Shown piece after piece: positions 10,601 through 22,889 of a stretch of 64,000 bases of DNA; position 1 is the stretch's first letter, and every line of letters starts with the position of its first letter. Both the position numbers and the translations under genes were made by a program. The notes under the pieces are model-generated. The model was not told where the DNA came from. It searched no databases and worked only from the letters and a program-made list of their open reading frames with translations. This DNA comes from Pseudomonadota bacterium (lineage in GTDB: Bacteria > Pseudomonadota > Gammaproteobacteria > Acidiferrobacterales > UBA6901): contig JAJYEX010000002.1 of assembly GCA_021785515.1 (NCBI GenBank), forward strand, positions 93,328 to 157,327, written 5' to 3'.

Positions 10601-11869
10601 ATGATCAAAGAGAGCAGTGCACGGTTTGTGAGCCGGCTTACCCGCGACACGCTGGCGTTGATACTGGCCGGCGGGCGTGGCAGTCGCCTCAAGCAGCTGA
10701 CGGAATGGCGCGTCAAACCGGCCGTGCCTTTCGGTGGCAAGTTCCGTATTATCGACTTTCCGCTATCCAACTGCATAAATTCCGGTATCCGCCGCATCGG
10801 TGTCCTCACCCAGTACAAAGCGCACTCGCTGATTCAGCATGTCCAGAAAGGCTGGGGGTTCCTGCGCGGCGAGTTCGGCGAGTTTGTCGAGCTGCTTCCG
10901 GCGCAGCAGCGGATCGAAGCATCGTGGTACCTCGGTACCGCCAACGCCGTCTACCAGAACCTCGATATTATTCGCAACCATAATCCGAGCTACGTCCTGA
11001 TTCTGGCTGGCGATCACATCTACAAGATGGATTACGGCCCCATGGTGGCGTGGCATCTGGGACACGGTGCCGACCTGACCGTGGGCTGCATCGAGGTGCC
11101 GCTCGATCGTGCGAGCGCTTTCGGGGTGATGGATGTCGATGCCGATGGCCGGGTGACGCGTTTTCTCGAGAAGCCGGCGAATCCCCATCCCATGCCCGGT
11201 AGCACTGACACGGCGCTGGTTTCCATGGGCATATACGTGTTCAACACCGACTTTCTCTACGAACAGCTTATCCGCGACGCTGACACTCGGGATTCGAGCC
11301 ACGATTTTGCCAAGGACATTATTCCACCGGCGATTGGACGGTATCGTGTCGTGGCTTATCCGTTTCGCGATGTGCAGAATGGCCGGCAGGCCTACTGGCG
11401 GGACGTGGGAACGGTCGATGCGTTTTGGGAAGCCAATATGGAGCTGATCGGCCTGACGCCCGAGCTTAATCTGTATGACGAGGAATGGCCGATCTGGACC
11501 TATCAGGAGCAGCTTCCCCCCGCCAAATTCGTGTTTGACTTCGATGACCGCCGTGGCATGGCGGTAGATTCGATGGTTTCCGGGGGCTGCATCATTTCTG
11601 GCGCCACGGTGCGGCACTCGCTGCTGTTTTCGAACGTGCACGTCGAGACCGGTGCCGTGCTCCAGGATGCGGTAGTGCTTCCGGACGTTGCGGTCGGCGA
11701 AGGATGCCGTCTGCGCCGCGTGGTTGTGGACCGGGGCTGCAGCTTTCCCCCCGGCACCGTCGTCGGTGAGGACCCGAACCAGGACAAGTCGCGTTTCTAC
11801 GTGACCCCGGGAGGGATCACCCTGGTTACGGCGGAGATGCTGGGGCAGAGCCACCATCATGTCCGCTGA
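10601..11869 (+). CDS. glgC: glucose-1-phosphate adenylyltransferase
   Basis: [35 protein letters not shown]-terminal left-handed beta-helix region; 422 aa. Confidence 0.93.
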   Translation: MIKESSARFVSRLTRDTLALILAGGRGSRLKQLTEWRVKPAVPFGGKFRIIDFPLSNCINSGIRRIGVLTQYKAHSLIQHVQKGWGFLRGEFGEFVELLPAQQRIEASWYLGTANAVYQNLDIIRNHNPSYVLILAGDHIYKMDYGPMVAWHLGHGADLTVGCIEVPLDRASAFGVMDVDADGRVTRFLEKPANPHPMPGSTDTALVSMGIYVFNTDFLYEQLIRDADTRDSSHDFAKDIIPPAIGRYRVVAYPFRDVQNGRQAYWRDVGTVDAFWEANMELIGLTPELNLYDEEWPIWTYQEQLPPAKFVFDFDDRRGMAVDSMVSGGCIISGATVRHSLLFSNVHVETGAVLQDAVVLPDVAVGEGCRLRRVVVDRGCSFPPGTVVGEDPNQDKSRFYVTPGGITLVTAEMLGQSHHHVR

Positions 11870-13562
11870 CACCCGTCTGCGTGTGGTGTTGTGCTGGCAT
11901 ATGCACCAGCCACAGTATCGCGACTTGATCGGCGGAGAATACCGGCTGCCATGGACCTATCTGCATGCGATCAAGGATTACGTTGACATGGCCGCCCATC
12001 TGGAGGCCAATCGCGCGGCGCGCGCAGTGGTCAACTTCGCGCCACTGGTCCTCGAGCAGATCAATGATTATGCGCGCCAGGTTGACGGGTTTCTCCACAA
12101 CGGCATGGCGATTCGCGATCCGTTGTTGGCTGTGCTCGGTACGGCCGCCCTGCCGGCGGATGACCATTCGCGCCTGCGCCTGGTCAAGGCCTCCCTGCGC
12201 GTCAACCGCCAGCGAATCATTGAACGTTTTCCAGCGTTCCGCCGGTTGGCCGAAATCGGCGACTGGCTGGGCGCCCATCCTGACGCGATTGCGTATGTAA
12301 GTGACCAGTTTCTGGTCGATATCGTCACGTGGTACCACTTGGGCTGGCTTGCCGAGAACGTGCGGCGCGAGGACGACCGCGTCCAGCAGCTCATGGCCAA
12401 GGGTCAGGGATTCACCCTGCATGAACGGCGCCAGCTTCTGGAAATCATTTCCAGGCTGCTGTCTGGAGTCATCGAACGCTACCGGCGTCTCGCCGAGTCG
12501 GGGCAGATTGAACTTTCGGTGACCCCGTATGCGCACCCGATTGTTCCGCTGCTGCTGGATTTCGGGGTCGCGCGCGAGGCCATGCCCGATGTGACGCTGC
12601 CGCGGCTCGAGCGCTATCCGGGCGGCGCGCAACGGGTGCGGTGGCACATCGATCAGGCGATTGACGCGTTCCAGGAGCATTTCGGGTTCCGCCCGTCAGG
12701 CTGCTGGCCATCTGAAGGCGGTGTGAGCAAAGCCACCCTGGAGGCGCTGGCATCGGCCGGGTTCCGCTGGACCGCGAGCGGGGAAGGGGTGCTGCGTAAC
12801 AGCCTGTCCCGGTCCGGGGCGGCTGACGGCGGCCAGCTGGCAGGTTGCCTGCATCGCAGCTACCAGCTCGAGGCGGTTCCGATCCGCTGCTTCTTCCGTG
12901 ATGACGGGCTCTCGGACCTCATCGGCTTTACCTATTCAGACTGGGCCGCGGACGATGCCGTGGCCAATCTCGTGCACCATCTCGAAAACATTGCCACGGC
13001 CTGCCAGTCCGAGGCCGGCGCCGTGGCTTCGATCATCATGGATGGAGAGAACGCCTGGGAACATTACCCGGAGAACGGCTTTTATTTCCTGAGGGCGCTG
13101 TATGAGCGCCTGTCCTCGCACCCGCAACTTGAACTGACGACCTTCTCCGACTGCCTGGACACCGCCCCTGTGACGCTGCCGGTGCTGACGGCAGGCAGCT
13201 GGGTCTACGGGACATTTTCGACATGGGTGGGACATGCCGAAAAGAACCGGGGATGGGACATGCTCGGTGATGCCAAACGCGCCTTTGACGCGGCCGTTGC
13301 CGCAGGGCGACTGACAGGTGATGCCCTCCGGACAGCCGAAAGGCAGCTGGCTGTTTGCGAGGGTTCCGACTGGTTCTGGTGGTTCGGTGACGAGAATCCG
13401 GCGGAAACCGTTACCGATTTCGACAGCATGTTCCGCATGCACCTCGCGAACCTGTATCAGGAGATCGGCGAGGAGCCACCCGAGGACCTCTCGCAACCGT
13501 TTACCCACGGAGGGGGTATGCCGCTGCACGGCGGTGCGATGCGGCCGGGAAAGCAGACCTGA
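11859..13562 (+). CDS. GH57-family glycoside hydrolase (alpha-amylase / amylopullulanase-like)
   Basis: Starts 11 nt inside the glgC end; [43 protein letters not shown] motifs typical of GH57. Confidence 0.85.
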   Translation: MSADTRLRVVLCWHMHQPQYRDLIGGEYRLPWTYLHAIKDYVDMAAHLEANRAARAVVNFAPLVLEQINDYARQVDGFLHNGMAIRDPLLAVLGTAALPADDHSRLRLVKASLRVNRQRIIERFPAFRRLAEIGDWLGAHPDAIAYVSDQFLVDIVTWYHLGWLAENVRREDDRVQQLMAKGQGFTLHERRQLLEIISRLLSGVIERYRRLAESGQIELSVTPYAHPIVPLLLDFGVAREAMPDVTLPRLERYPGGAQRVRWHIDQAIDAFQEHFGFRPSGCWPSEGGVSKATLEALASAGFRWTASGEGVLRNSLSRSGAADGGQLAGCLHRSYQLEAVPIRCFFRDDGLSDLIGFTYSDWAADDAVANLVHHLENIATACQSEAGAVASIIMDGENAWEHYPENGFYFLRALYERLSSHPQLELTTFSDCLDTAPVTLPVLTAGSWVYGTFSTWVGHAEKNRGWDMLGDAKRAFDAAVAAGRLTGDALRTAERQLAVCEGSDWFWWFGDENPAETVTDFDSMFRMHLANLYQEIGEEPPEDLSQPFTHGGGMPLHGGAMRPGKQT

Positions 13563-13633
13563 GCGCCGCGCCCGCGCTGCACCGTCGGCACGCGTTGCCG
13601 GACACGGCGGACTGAAGGTCCTCCCGGGAATCC

Positions 13634-15121
13634 ATGAATACTTCTCCCGCAGTACCAACACCGGAACCGCTGCTCGATCGGCGGCGCGCCGGCGTGCTGC
13701 TGCATCCAAGTTCGCTGCCGGGAGAAGGGGAGAGCGGTAACCTCGGCATCGACGCACACCGGTTCCTCGATGTGCTGGCCGAGGGTGGCATGTCGGTCTG
13801 GCAGATGCTGCCGCTCGGTCCCACCCATCGCGACCGGTCTCCCTACCAGTGCCTGTCGGTGCATGCGGGAGATTCCGGACTCATCAGCCCGGCGCTGCTG
13901 GTGCAGTGGGGGTGGCTCGATAGCGGTCCGGCGGGTCCGGCCGATCCGTGGCTGGCACGGGCGCAGGCGCAATTCACGCGGGACGCGAGCGCGGCAGACC
14001 GCTTGGCGCTGGAGGAGTTCGTCAGCGCCCACGGCTACTGGCTCGAGGACTATGCGCTCTATCAGGCGTTGCGCCAGCAACAGGATGGCCGTCCATGGTG
14101 GCTGTGGCCGGAAGCGCTGCGTGACCGGCAGCCGGCGGCGCTTGCGCTGGCACGCGAACGTCTGGCCGAGGCCGTTGCCCAGGTGCGGTTCGAGCAGTTC
14201 GCGTTCTTCCGGCAGTGGCAGGAACTGAAACAGCGTGCCGCGCAGCGCGATATCCTGCTGTTCGGTGATGCCCCGATTTTTGTGGCGCAGGACAGTGCCG
14301 ATGTCTGGACTTTCAGGAACTACTTTGCGCTGGATGAAGACGGTCAGCCGCGTACGGTGGCGGGTGTGCCCCCGGACTATTTTTCCGGTACCGGCCAGCG
14401 CTGGGGAAATCCGTTGTATCGCTGGGAGGAGATGCAGGCTGACGGGTTCGGCTGGTGGCTGGACCGCCTGCGCACCCAGCTCGGATTGTTCGATCTGCTG
14501 CGGATCGATCATTTCCGCGGGTTTGAATCGTACTGGGAGATTCCCGCCGATGAGCCCACCGCCATAAAGGGGCGCTGGGTGCAGGCGCCGGGAGCAGCGC
14601 TGTTTCGCGCATTCAGTGATGAGTTCGGGAAGCTGCCGCTTGTGGCCGAGGATCTGGGATTCATTACCGACGAAGTCCGCGCCTTGCGCGATGAGTTCGC
14701 GCTGCCGGGAATGCGCGTGCTGCAGTTTGCCTTCGACGGTGGCCCCGACAATCCGTATCTGCCCCACCGCCATGAAGTCAACAGCGTGGTCTATACCGGT
14801 ACTCACGACAACGACACGACGCTGGGCTGGTACAATGCACTGCCGGCGCAACAGCAATCCTATACCCTGGACTACCTCGGCGGGCCGCACGAGCCGATGC
14901 CGTGGCCGCTGATGCGGGCAGCGTTCGCCTCGGTGGCAATCCTCGCGATAGTCCCGATGCAGGACGTGCTGGCGCTCGGTGCCGGCTGCCGCATGAACAC
15001 TCCCGGCACCACGGTCGGCAACTGGCAATGGCGTTTCACCTGGGACCAGCTCACGACCCAGACGGTGGGACGTCTGCGCCATATCGCACAGCTCTACGGC
15101 CGGTTGCCGGCCGGCGGCTAG
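13634..15121 (+). CDS. malQ: 4-alpha-glucanotransferase (amylomaltase, GH77)
   Basis: RRAGVLLHPSSLPG, WQMLPLGPT, DHFRGF, YTGTHDNDT motifs. Confidence 0.92.
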   Translation: MNTSPAVPTPEPLLDRRRAGVLLHPSSLPGEGESGNLGIDAHRFLDVLAEGGMSVWQMLPLGPTHRDRSPYQCLSVHAGDSGLISPALLVQWGWLDSGPAGPADPWLARAQAQFTRDASAADRLALEEFVSAHGYWLEDYALYQALRQQQDGRPWWLWPEALRDRQPAALALARERLAEAVAQVRFEQFAFFRQWQELKQRAAQRDILLFGDAPIFVAQDSADVWTFRNYFALDEDGQPRTVAGVPPDYFSGTGQRWGNPLYRWEEMQADGFGWWLDRLRTQLGLFDLLRIDHFRGFESYWEIPADEPTAIKGRWVQAPGAALFRAFSDEFGKLPLVAEDLGFITDEVRALRDEFALPGMRVLQFAFDGGPDNPYLPHRHEVNSVVYTGTHDNDTTLGWYNALPAQQQSYTLDYLGGPHEPMPWPLMRAAFASVAILAIVPMQDVLALGAGCRMNTPGTTVGNWQWRFTWDQLTTQTVGRLRHIAQLYGRLPAGG

Positions 15122-15140
15122 TTCCGCAGTTCCGGCCGTC

Positions 15141-17735
15141 TCACAGCCAAAACATGCAGCCTGTCTCGAAGCGGTGCGCGAGGGCCGGATGAAACGGGAA
15201 CATCCGTATCTTGTAGCACTGCTGGCCGGCCAGCGTCGGGCGCAGGTCGAGACGGAACAGGGTTTCGCCCGGAGCCGTCGACTCGTCAGGACTGAATATG
15301 TGCGCATGGTGGCTGACGAATTCCCCGTCTTCCGACAAGGTGCCCACCAGGCACTCGAGCAGCACATCGTCGGCGTGCAATTCCTGCAGTTTCGCCGCGA
15401 CGCGGATGTTGATTGAGCTTCCCGAGCGGATTTCCGTCGGTGCGGCGTCGAGGCGCCGCATCGTTACCCGTGGCCAGGAGCGGTGGACCCGCTTCTTCCA
15501 CTCTGCGACATCCTTGGCGCGGGCATATCCATTGGCCGCCAGCACCAGAGCCTGTTTTCTGGCCCGTCCGTAATACTTGCGCATATAGTCCATGACCATG
15601 CGCTCGGCATTGAAGCGTGGCAGCAGGGATTTCATCGATTCCTTCGATTTGTGGACCCAGCCCTCCGGATAGCCGTTGCCGTTGCGGCTGTAGTAAAGCG
15701 GTATGACCTGCTTCTCGAGTATGTCCAGCAGCTCCTGCCCTTCCTCGCGATCGCGGTAGCTGGGCTCGAATTCCGGCCCGTGGGGCGTGATGGCCCAGCC
15801 GTTCACGCCGTTGTAGCCCTCGCCCCACCAGCCATCCAGCACGCTCAGGTTGATCACCCCGTTGATACCGGCCTTCTGACCTGAAGTTCCGCTTGCCTCC
15901 ATCGGATACTCCGGAGTGTTGACCCATACGTCGACCCCGGTTACCAGCTTGCGGGCGAGCGCCAGATCGTAATTCTCCAGAAGTATGACTTTGCCCTCGA
16001 ATTCGGGACGGCGCGAGAACTCATGAATCAGCTTGATGAACTGCTGGCTCGGTCTGTCGCTGGGATGAGCCTTGCCGGCGAAGATCAGCAGCACCGGGTG
16101 GTTCGGATCGTTCAGCAGGCGTGCGAGGCGTTGCGGGTCGGAAAACAGCAGCGTGGCGCGCTTGTAGGTCGCGAAGCGCCGGGCGAACCCGATCACCAGC
16201 ATGTCCGACTGCTGCGGCGAGAGCCGGTGGGTCAGTCGATCGATCAGCGTCTGGCTGCAGCCGGTGCGCCGCAGCTGCGAGATGATGCGTCGCCTGGTTT
16301 CCATCAGCAGTTCGGTCCGTAGCGACTGCAGCGTGCTCCAGTAGCTGTAATCGGGAATGCTGTCAATGCACTGCCAGTAGTCCTCGTTCAGCAGCTCGCT
16401 GCGCCAGCCGCTGCCGAAGCGCATTTCGAACAGATTGATCCACTCGCGCGCCAGAAACGTCGGTACGTGCACGCCGTTGGTCACGTAACCGATCGGATTC
16501 TCCGAATACGGAATCTGTGGCCAGACGTAGCCCTCCATGCGTGATGCCACCCGCCCGTGGATGCGGCTGACGCCGTTATGGTAGCGCGAACCGCGCAGAG
16601 CCAAAGCGGTCTGGTTGAAGCCTTCCGGGCTGGCCGGACTGTTGCCGAGCTGGAGAAACCGCTCCATGCTGATCCCCAGTTCTTCAACGAAGTTCCGGAA
16701 ATAGCTCGTCATGAGGCCGTGATCGAATATGTCGTGTCCAGCTGGAACCGGCGTGTGCGTGGTGAATACGGTGCCGGCGGCCACCAGCTCCAGCGTGCTG
16801 TCGAAATCGAGCCCCTTGGCGACATGGACCCGGCAGCGCTCCAGGATCTGGAACGCGGCGTGTCCCTCGTTGATGTGCCACACCGTAGGGGTGAGCCCGA
16901 GCGCCGACAATGCGCGGACGCCGCCAATGCCCAGCGCCATTTCCTGCTGCATGCGGGTGTGCACATCGCCCCCATACAGCTGGTAGGTGATGGACCGGTC
17001 GGCCTCGGCGTTGTCCGGAAGGTCGCTGTCGAGCAGGTAGAGGTTAATGTGTCCGGCCTTTGCCTTCCATACCTTCAGCACCACCCGCCGGTCCGGCAGG
17101 TCGATGTGCACATGAATCTCGGATCCGTCCGGTCCGGTTGCCGGCACGATCGGCAGATCGTCGAAGTTGGCCGGGTAGTAGTGCGCCAGCTGGTTGCCGT
17201 GGCCATCGATAGTCTGGGTGAAGTAGCCCTGGCGGTACAGCAGGCCGACTGCGACGAACGGGATCCCCAGGTCGCTCGCCGCCTTGCAGTAGTCTCCGGC
17301 AAGGATGCCGAGACCGCCGGAATAGATGTTGAAGCTCTCGTGAAATCCGAATTCGGCGCAGAAATAGGCAACCAGGTCCTGCTTGGGGTCGAGGTAATGC
17401 TCAATGCCGGGGGCTACGTGCTGCTGGTTGTAGGTATCGTAGGCCGACAGGACGCGGTTGTACTCCTCGATGAAGACGCGGTCATCGGCCGCCTCATCGA
17501 GCCGGCCCTGCGATACCCGGCGCAAAAATACCTTGGGGTTGTGGCCACAGCGGTCCCACAAGTCCGAGTCGAGACGGTAGAATAGGCCACGTACCCTGCG
17601 GTCCCAGCTGAACAGCAGGTCGTTGGCGAGTTCCGTGAGCCGCTCCAGCCGCGCGGGAATCGAGGGCTGGACTTCTATGGTGAAGCAGCTGCCCGGTGCG
17701 GCTGTTTCTCCTGCGCGTGGTGGAGTCTCGCTCAT
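15141..17735 (-). CDS. glgP: alpha-glucan phosphorylase (GT35, DUF3417 N-terminal type)
   Basis: Likely start at the internal ATG giving MSETPP. LANDLLFSWD, GGLGILAGD and EASGTSGQKAGINGV (PLP-Lys region) present. Convergent with malQ, 19 nt apart. Confidence 0.9.
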   Translation of the reverse strand: MSETPPRAGETAAPGSCFTIEVQPSIPARLERLTELANDLLFSWDRRVRGLFYRLDSDLWDRCGHNPKVFLRRVSQGRLDEAADDRVFIEEYNRVLSAYDTYNQQHVAPGIEHYLDPKQDLVAYFCAEFGFHESFNIYSGGLGILAGDYCKAASDLGIPFVAVGLLYRQGYFTQTIDGHGNQLAHYYPANFDDLPIVPATGPDGSEIHVHIDLPDRRVVLKVWKAKAGHINLYLLDSDLPDNAEADRSITYQLYGGDVHTRMQQEMALGIGGVRALSALGLTPTVWHINEGHAAFQILERCRVHVAKGLDFDSTLELVAAGTVFTTHTPVPAGHDIFDHGLMTSYFRNFVEELGISMERFLQLGNSPASPEGFNQTALALRGSRYHNGVSRIHGRVASRMEGYVWPQIPYSENPIGYVTNGVHVPTFLAREWINLFEMRFGSGWRSELLNEDYWQCIDSIPDYSYWSTLQSLRTELLMETRRRIISQLRRTGCSQTLIDRLTHRLSPQQSDMLVIGFARRFATYKRATLLFSDPQRLARLLNDPNHPVLLIFAGKAHPSDRPSQQFIKLIHEFSRRPEFEGKVILLENYDLALARKLVTGVDVWVNTPEYPMEASGTSGQKAGINGVINLSVLDGWWGEGYNGVNGWAITPHGPEFEPSYRDREEGQELLDILEKQVIPLYYSRNGNGYPEGWVHKSKESMKSLLPRFNAERMVMDYMRKYYGRARKQALVLAANGYARAKDVAEWKKRVHRSWPRVTMRRLDAAPTEIRSGSSINIRVAAKLQELHADDVLLECLVGTLSEDGEFVSHHAHIFSPDESTAPGETLFRLDLRPTLAGQQCYKIRMFPFHPALAHRFETGCMFWL

Positions 17736-17854
17736 AGAACTGGTTCGCTCGAGCAGTCGATCTGGGTTGCGACAAGGCCAGACAGCAGCTACAGTCGCCA
17801 GCCCATCGCTGGCGTGACGCATGACCGGGCCATGCCGCTTCTGCAGGTTGAATC

Positions 17855-17941
17855 TGGTACCGAGGGTCGGAATCGAACCGACACGGTGTCACCACCACCG
17901 GATTTTGAGTCCGGCGCGTCTACCAGTTCCGCCACCCCGGC
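17855..17941 (-). tRNA. tRNA-Leu (anticodon CAA)
   Basis: Reverse complement reads GCCGGGGTGGCGGAACTGGTAGACGCGCCGGACTCAAAATCCGG...long variable arm...GGTTCGATTCCGACCCTCGGTACCA; cloverleaf folds by eye, CCA encoded. Confidence 0.9.
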
Positions 17942-18040
17942 CTGCTGGGTAGGAGTATATCGATTCTGGCGCCGTGATCATAGTCGGCGCAATGTGGCAG
18001 ACCGGCACAAAAAAGGGGCGGCGGCGCCTCATGTGAGCAC

Positions 18041-19117
18041 ATGCGCAAGTCCGATTTTCATTTTGATCTGCCGGTGGAGCTTATCGCGCAGGAGCCTCCA
18101 CCTCAGCGTGGCGCAAGCCGTCTGCTGGCGTTCGACCGTGATACGGGGCTGCTGCACGACCGGACATTTGCCGAGCTGCCCGGGCTGTTGCGGACGGGCG
18201 ACTTGCTGGTCGTCAACGATACGCGGGTCGTGCCGGCACGCCTTTACGGCATGAAGGACAGCGGCGGGCGGGTCGAGCTGCTCATCGAGCGCGTGCTGGA
18301 TGAACGGCGGTTTCTGGCGCAGTGCCGGTCAAGCAAGCCATTGCGCCCGCGCCAGGCGCTCAATCTGGAGGCGGGGGTGGTGGTGCGCGTGGTTGGGCGC
18401 GAGGATGTATTTGTCGAGTTCGAGGTCGAGGCCGGCGGCGCGGTTCTGGAGATTCTGGAACGGATCGGACACGTTCCGTTGCCGCCATATATCCGCCGTG
18501 CCGACCAGCTGTCCGACCGGGAACGCTATCAGACGGTGTTTGCCAGCAAGCCCGGTGCGGTGGCCGCCCCGACCGCCGGCCTGCATTTCGAGTCCACCGT
18601 GATCAGCCGCCTGGAGGCGCGAGGAGTGCGGCTCTGTGCGGTCACACTGCACGTGGGTGCGGGAACGTTCGAACCGGTGCGTGCCGCTGAGTTGGGCGCG
18701 CACCGCATGCACCGCGAGCGCTACGAGATAAGCACGCAGGCGGCCGCGCAGATCAACGCCGCCCGCTGCGAGGGGCGTCGGGTCATCGCGGTCGGCACCA
18801 CGGTGGTGCGTACCCTGGAGAGCGCGGCGCAGGCGTCGGCGCAGGGCGCTAGCCGAGGGAGCATCGCGCCCGGAAGCGGCGAGACCGATATATTCATTTA
18901 TCCGGGCTACCGTTTCCGCGCTGTCGATGGCCTGATCACGAATTTTCATCTACCGCAGTCCACCCTGCTGATGCTGGTCTGCGCTTTTGGCGGTACAGAG
19001 CGGATGCTGGCGGCCTATCGCCACGCCGTCGAGCAAAGGTACCGCTTCTTCAGCTACGGTGATGCGATGTTCATCGCCTCCTTGTCGCCAGGCCCTGCAG
19101 CGGGGACCGGCAAGTAA
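18041..19117 (+). CDS. queA: S-adenosylmethionine:tRNA ribosyltransferase-isomerase
   Basis: MRKSDFHFDLPVELIAQEP, GHVPLPPYI, TAGLHF, TNFHLPQSTLLML motifs. Confidence 0.93.
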   Translation: MRKSDFHFDLPVELIAQEPPPQRGASRLLAFDRDTGLLHDRTFAELPGLLRTGDLLVVNDTRVVPARLYGMKDSGGRVELLIERVLDERRFLAQCRSSKPLRPRQALNLEAGVVVRVVGREDVFVEFEVEAGGAVLEILERIGHVPLPPYIRRADQLSDRERYQTVFASKPGAVAAPTAGLHFESTVISRLEARGVRLCAVTLHVGAGTFEPVRAAELGAHRMHRERYEISTQAAAQINAARCEGRRVIAVGTTVVRTLESAAQASAQGASRGSIAPGSGETDIFIYPGYRFRAVDGLITNFHLPQSTLLMLVCAFGGTERMLAAYRHAVEQRYRFFSYGDAMFIASLSPGPAAGTGK

Positions 19118-19279
19118 TGTCCGGCTTGCGGTTGTCGGCGGCGGTCAGTGCCGGTATAACGACAGCCTGGCAGGTGCCGTCCAGGAGTGGCCCATATCCC
19201 GGGTGCTTGGCGGGCGGCTGCGCGGTGCTGGCAGAAGGGCGCGCGCCGTGACCTGGATTGTTGCTTCCCGGATTCCTGA

Positions 19280-20395
<1,116 letters not shown>

Positions 20396-20512
20396 ATGCG
20401 GTCCTGCCGCTGCATTCCGGGGTTGGCGGCGTGGCCGGGCGGCGATGATACGACGGAAAAGCAGTCCGCGACCGATTATCCACTATATTAACCAAGCAGC
20501 CTTGATCGACTC

Positions 20513-20848
20513 ATGATGAACTTATTGATCCCCGATGCCTACGCCGCCGCGGCAGCGCCCGGCGGTGTCGGTGGCGGTCTGCTGGGGTTTGCCCCGCTCA
20601 TTGCCATCATCGTCATTTTTTACTTTTTGCTCATCCGGCCCCAGAGCAAGCGTGCCAAGGAACACCGGGCCATGGTGGCGGCCCTGGCCAAGGGTGATGA
20701 GGTGGTCACGAACGGGGGGCTTCTCGGGCGCGTCACCGAAGTGGGTGAGGCATTCGTAACGATTGAGGTCGCCGACGGGGTGTCCGTAAAGGTGCAGCGG
20801 CCGGCGGTCGCGTCGCTGATGCCCAAGGGTACCATCAAGTCGAGCTGA
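20513..20848 (+). CDS. yajC: preprotein translocase subunit YajC
   Basis: Single TM then IRPQSKRAKEHR..L.KGDEVVT.GG..G motif; tgt-yajC-secDF synteny. Confidence 0.9.
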   Translation: MMNLLIPDAYAAAAAPGGVGGGLLGFAPLIAIIVIFYFLLIRPQSKRAKEHRAMVAALAKGDEVVTNGGLLGRVTEVGEAFVTIEVADGVSVKVQRPAVASLMPKGTIKSS

Positions 20849-20955
20849 TGATGGTGATCGCCGATTCCTGCCTCCACCGCACGCATGCGGATCCGGATCT
20901 GTGGACTGGTGTCGGGTCCGGCCGGCTCCTCCCAAGCCACTTCTGACGGCGGGTC

Positions 20956-22863
20956 ATGAACAGGTATCCGCTGTGGCAGTATGTGTTGATCCTCGTGATC
21001 GTCGTGCTCGGGGTGATCTATGCGCTCCCGAATCTCTACGGGGAAGATCCGGCCGTGGAGATTTCGGCGAGCCATGCCACGGGCAAGGTCGATGCGCAGA
21101 CCGTCTCGCAAGCAAAACAGATACTCGCCCGTGCCGACCTGCCATACAAATCGGCCGCACTCGAACCGCAGGTGGTTATTCTGCGGTTTGCCAACACGAC
21201 CGTTCAGCTGCGCGCGCGCGACCTGCTGCAACAGGTTCTCGGGGACAACTACACGGTAGCGCTGGATCTGTTGCCGGCGACGCCGCTATGGCTGCGCTGG
21301 CTGCACGCCGAGCCGATGTACCTCGGTCTCGACCTGCGCGGCGGCGTGCATTTTCTGTTGCAGGTGGACATGGCCTCGGCGATAAAGAAGGCCGAGCAGA
21401 ACTACGTCGATGATATCGCCAATACCCTGCGCAAGAAGGATGCGCGCTATCTGTCGGTTACCCGTCCCGACAGCGGCGGCATACTGATCCGTTTCCGGAC
21501 CGCCAAGGAGCGCGATCACGGCCAGAATGTGATTTCGAAGACGTTTCCGGAACTGGTGCTTGCCGACCAGCAGCAGCCGAGGGAGTACGACATTCTCGCC
21601 AAATTGGGTCCGCAAGCCTTGGCGGAGAAGCGCAAGTTCGCCCTTGAGCAGAACATTACCTCGCTGCGCAACAGGGTGAACGAACTCGGCGTGGCTGAAC
21701 CGATTATCCAGCAGGAAGGGAGCAACCGCATCGTCGTCGAGCTTCCCGGCGTGCAGGACATCGCCAAGGCCAAGGAGATCTTGGGCCGTACGGCAACGCT
21801 TGAGGTCATGATGGTTGACGATCAGCACAGCCTGGCGGCAGCGGTGGCCGGGCAGGTGCCGCCCGGTGACAAGATCTATTATGACCGCCACGGCCACCCG
21901 ATTCTGCTGAAGAACCGGGTCATCTACTCGGGCGATGACATCGTGGATGCGGCCGCTGGAATCGACCAGCAGCAGGGCGGGGCGGTGGTCAACATCACGC
22001 TCGATTCGCGCGCCGCAGCGATAAACCAGCGTATCACCGGCGAGAATGTCGGGCGGCGCATGGCAGTGGTGTATATCGAGATTCGGCACGAGACGGTGCT
22101 CGATTCGGCGGGCAAGCCCGTACTCGACAAGAACGGCCGTGCGGTCAAGAAGGCGGTGCGCATAGAGCGGGTGATCACCGCGCCTGTCATCCGCCAGCAG
22201 CTGGGGGCGCGTTTTGAAATCAGCGGCATGGAAAACAGCGAGCAGGCGCGCAATTTGGCATTGTTGCTGCGCGCCGGTGCGCTGGCGGCGCCCGTCGAGA
22301 TCATCGAGGAGCGCACGGTCGGCCCCAGTCTCGGGGCCGACAATATCCGGCGCGGCTTTCATTCGACCTGGATCGGTTTCGCGGCGATCGCTGTCTTTAT
22401 GAGCGCGTATTATCTCCTGTTCGGCATGGTGTCGGTGATTGCGCTGGCAGTGAACGTCGTGCTGCTGATCGCGCTGCTGTCGGTATTGCAGGCCACGCTT
22501 ACTCTGCCAGGCATGGCCGGCATCGCGCTCACCGTGGGTATGGCCATCGATGCGAACGTGCTTATCAACGAGCGCATTCGCGAGGAGCTGCGCAATGGCA
22601 ATACGCCGCAAGCGAGCATCAAGACCGGATATGAGCGCGCGTTCGGAACGATTCTGGATTCAAACGTGACGGCCCTGATCGCCGGCCTGGCGCTGTTCAT
22701 GTTCGGGTCCGGCGCGGTACGGGGCTTCGCGGTGGTTCTGTGTCTGGGAATCTTGACCTCCATGTTCAGTTCCGTCGTGGGCTCGCGCGCGCTGGTGAAT
22801 CTCATGTACGGCAGTCGCCGCCGGCTTGAACGCATTTCCATCGGCAATACGGCCTGGAAGTAG
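20956..22863 (+). CDS. secD: protein translocase subunit SecD
   Basis: 635 aa; large periplasmic loop then six C-terminal TMs with LTLPGIAG and DANVLI.ERIREE motifs. Confidence 0.93.
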   Translation: MNRYPLWQYVLILVIVVLGVIYALPNLYGEDPAVEISASHATGKVDAQTVSQAKQILARADLPYKSAALEPQVVILRFANTTVQLRARDLLQQVLGDNYTVALDLLPATPLWLRWLHAEPMYLGLDLRGGVHFLLQVDMASAIKKAEQNYVDDIANTLRKKDARYLSVTRPDSGGILIRFRTAKERDHGQNVISKTFPELVLADQQQPREYDILAKLGPQALAEKRKFALEQNITSLRNRVNELGVAEPIIQQEGSNRIVVELPGVQDIAKAKEILGRTATLEVMMVDDQHSLAAAVAGQVPPGDKIYYDRHGHPILLKNRVIYSGDDIVDAAAGIDQQQGGAVVNITLDSRAAAINQRITGENVGRRMAVVYIEIRHETVLDSAGKPVLDKNGRAVKKAVRIERVITAPVIRQQLGARFEISGMENSEQARNLALLLRAGALAAPVEIIEERTVGPSLGADNIRRGFHSTWIGFAAIAVFMSAYYLLFGMVSVIALAVNVVLLIALLSVLQATLTLPGMAGIALTVGMAIDANVLINERIREELRNGNTPQASIKTGYERAFGTILDSNVTALIAGLALFMFGSGAVRGFAVVLCLGILTSMFSSVVGSRALVNLMYGSRRRLERISIGNTAWK

Positions 22864-22889
22864 GGCCTCCGCCACGGTAGCTACGGACC

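Noticed and set aside
13457-15367. 636-aa minus-strand ORF covering malQ
   Set aside because: Same reasoning: it lies opposite a strongly supported amylomaltase gene and is Arg/Pro-rich low-complexity sequence. The analogous long antisense ORFs were dismissed in the same way. These are 4639-5925, 10763-11872, 11826-12680, 16557-17585, 19145-20281, 21286-22611, 23749-24996, 32108-33805, 36969-38069 and 51195-52286.
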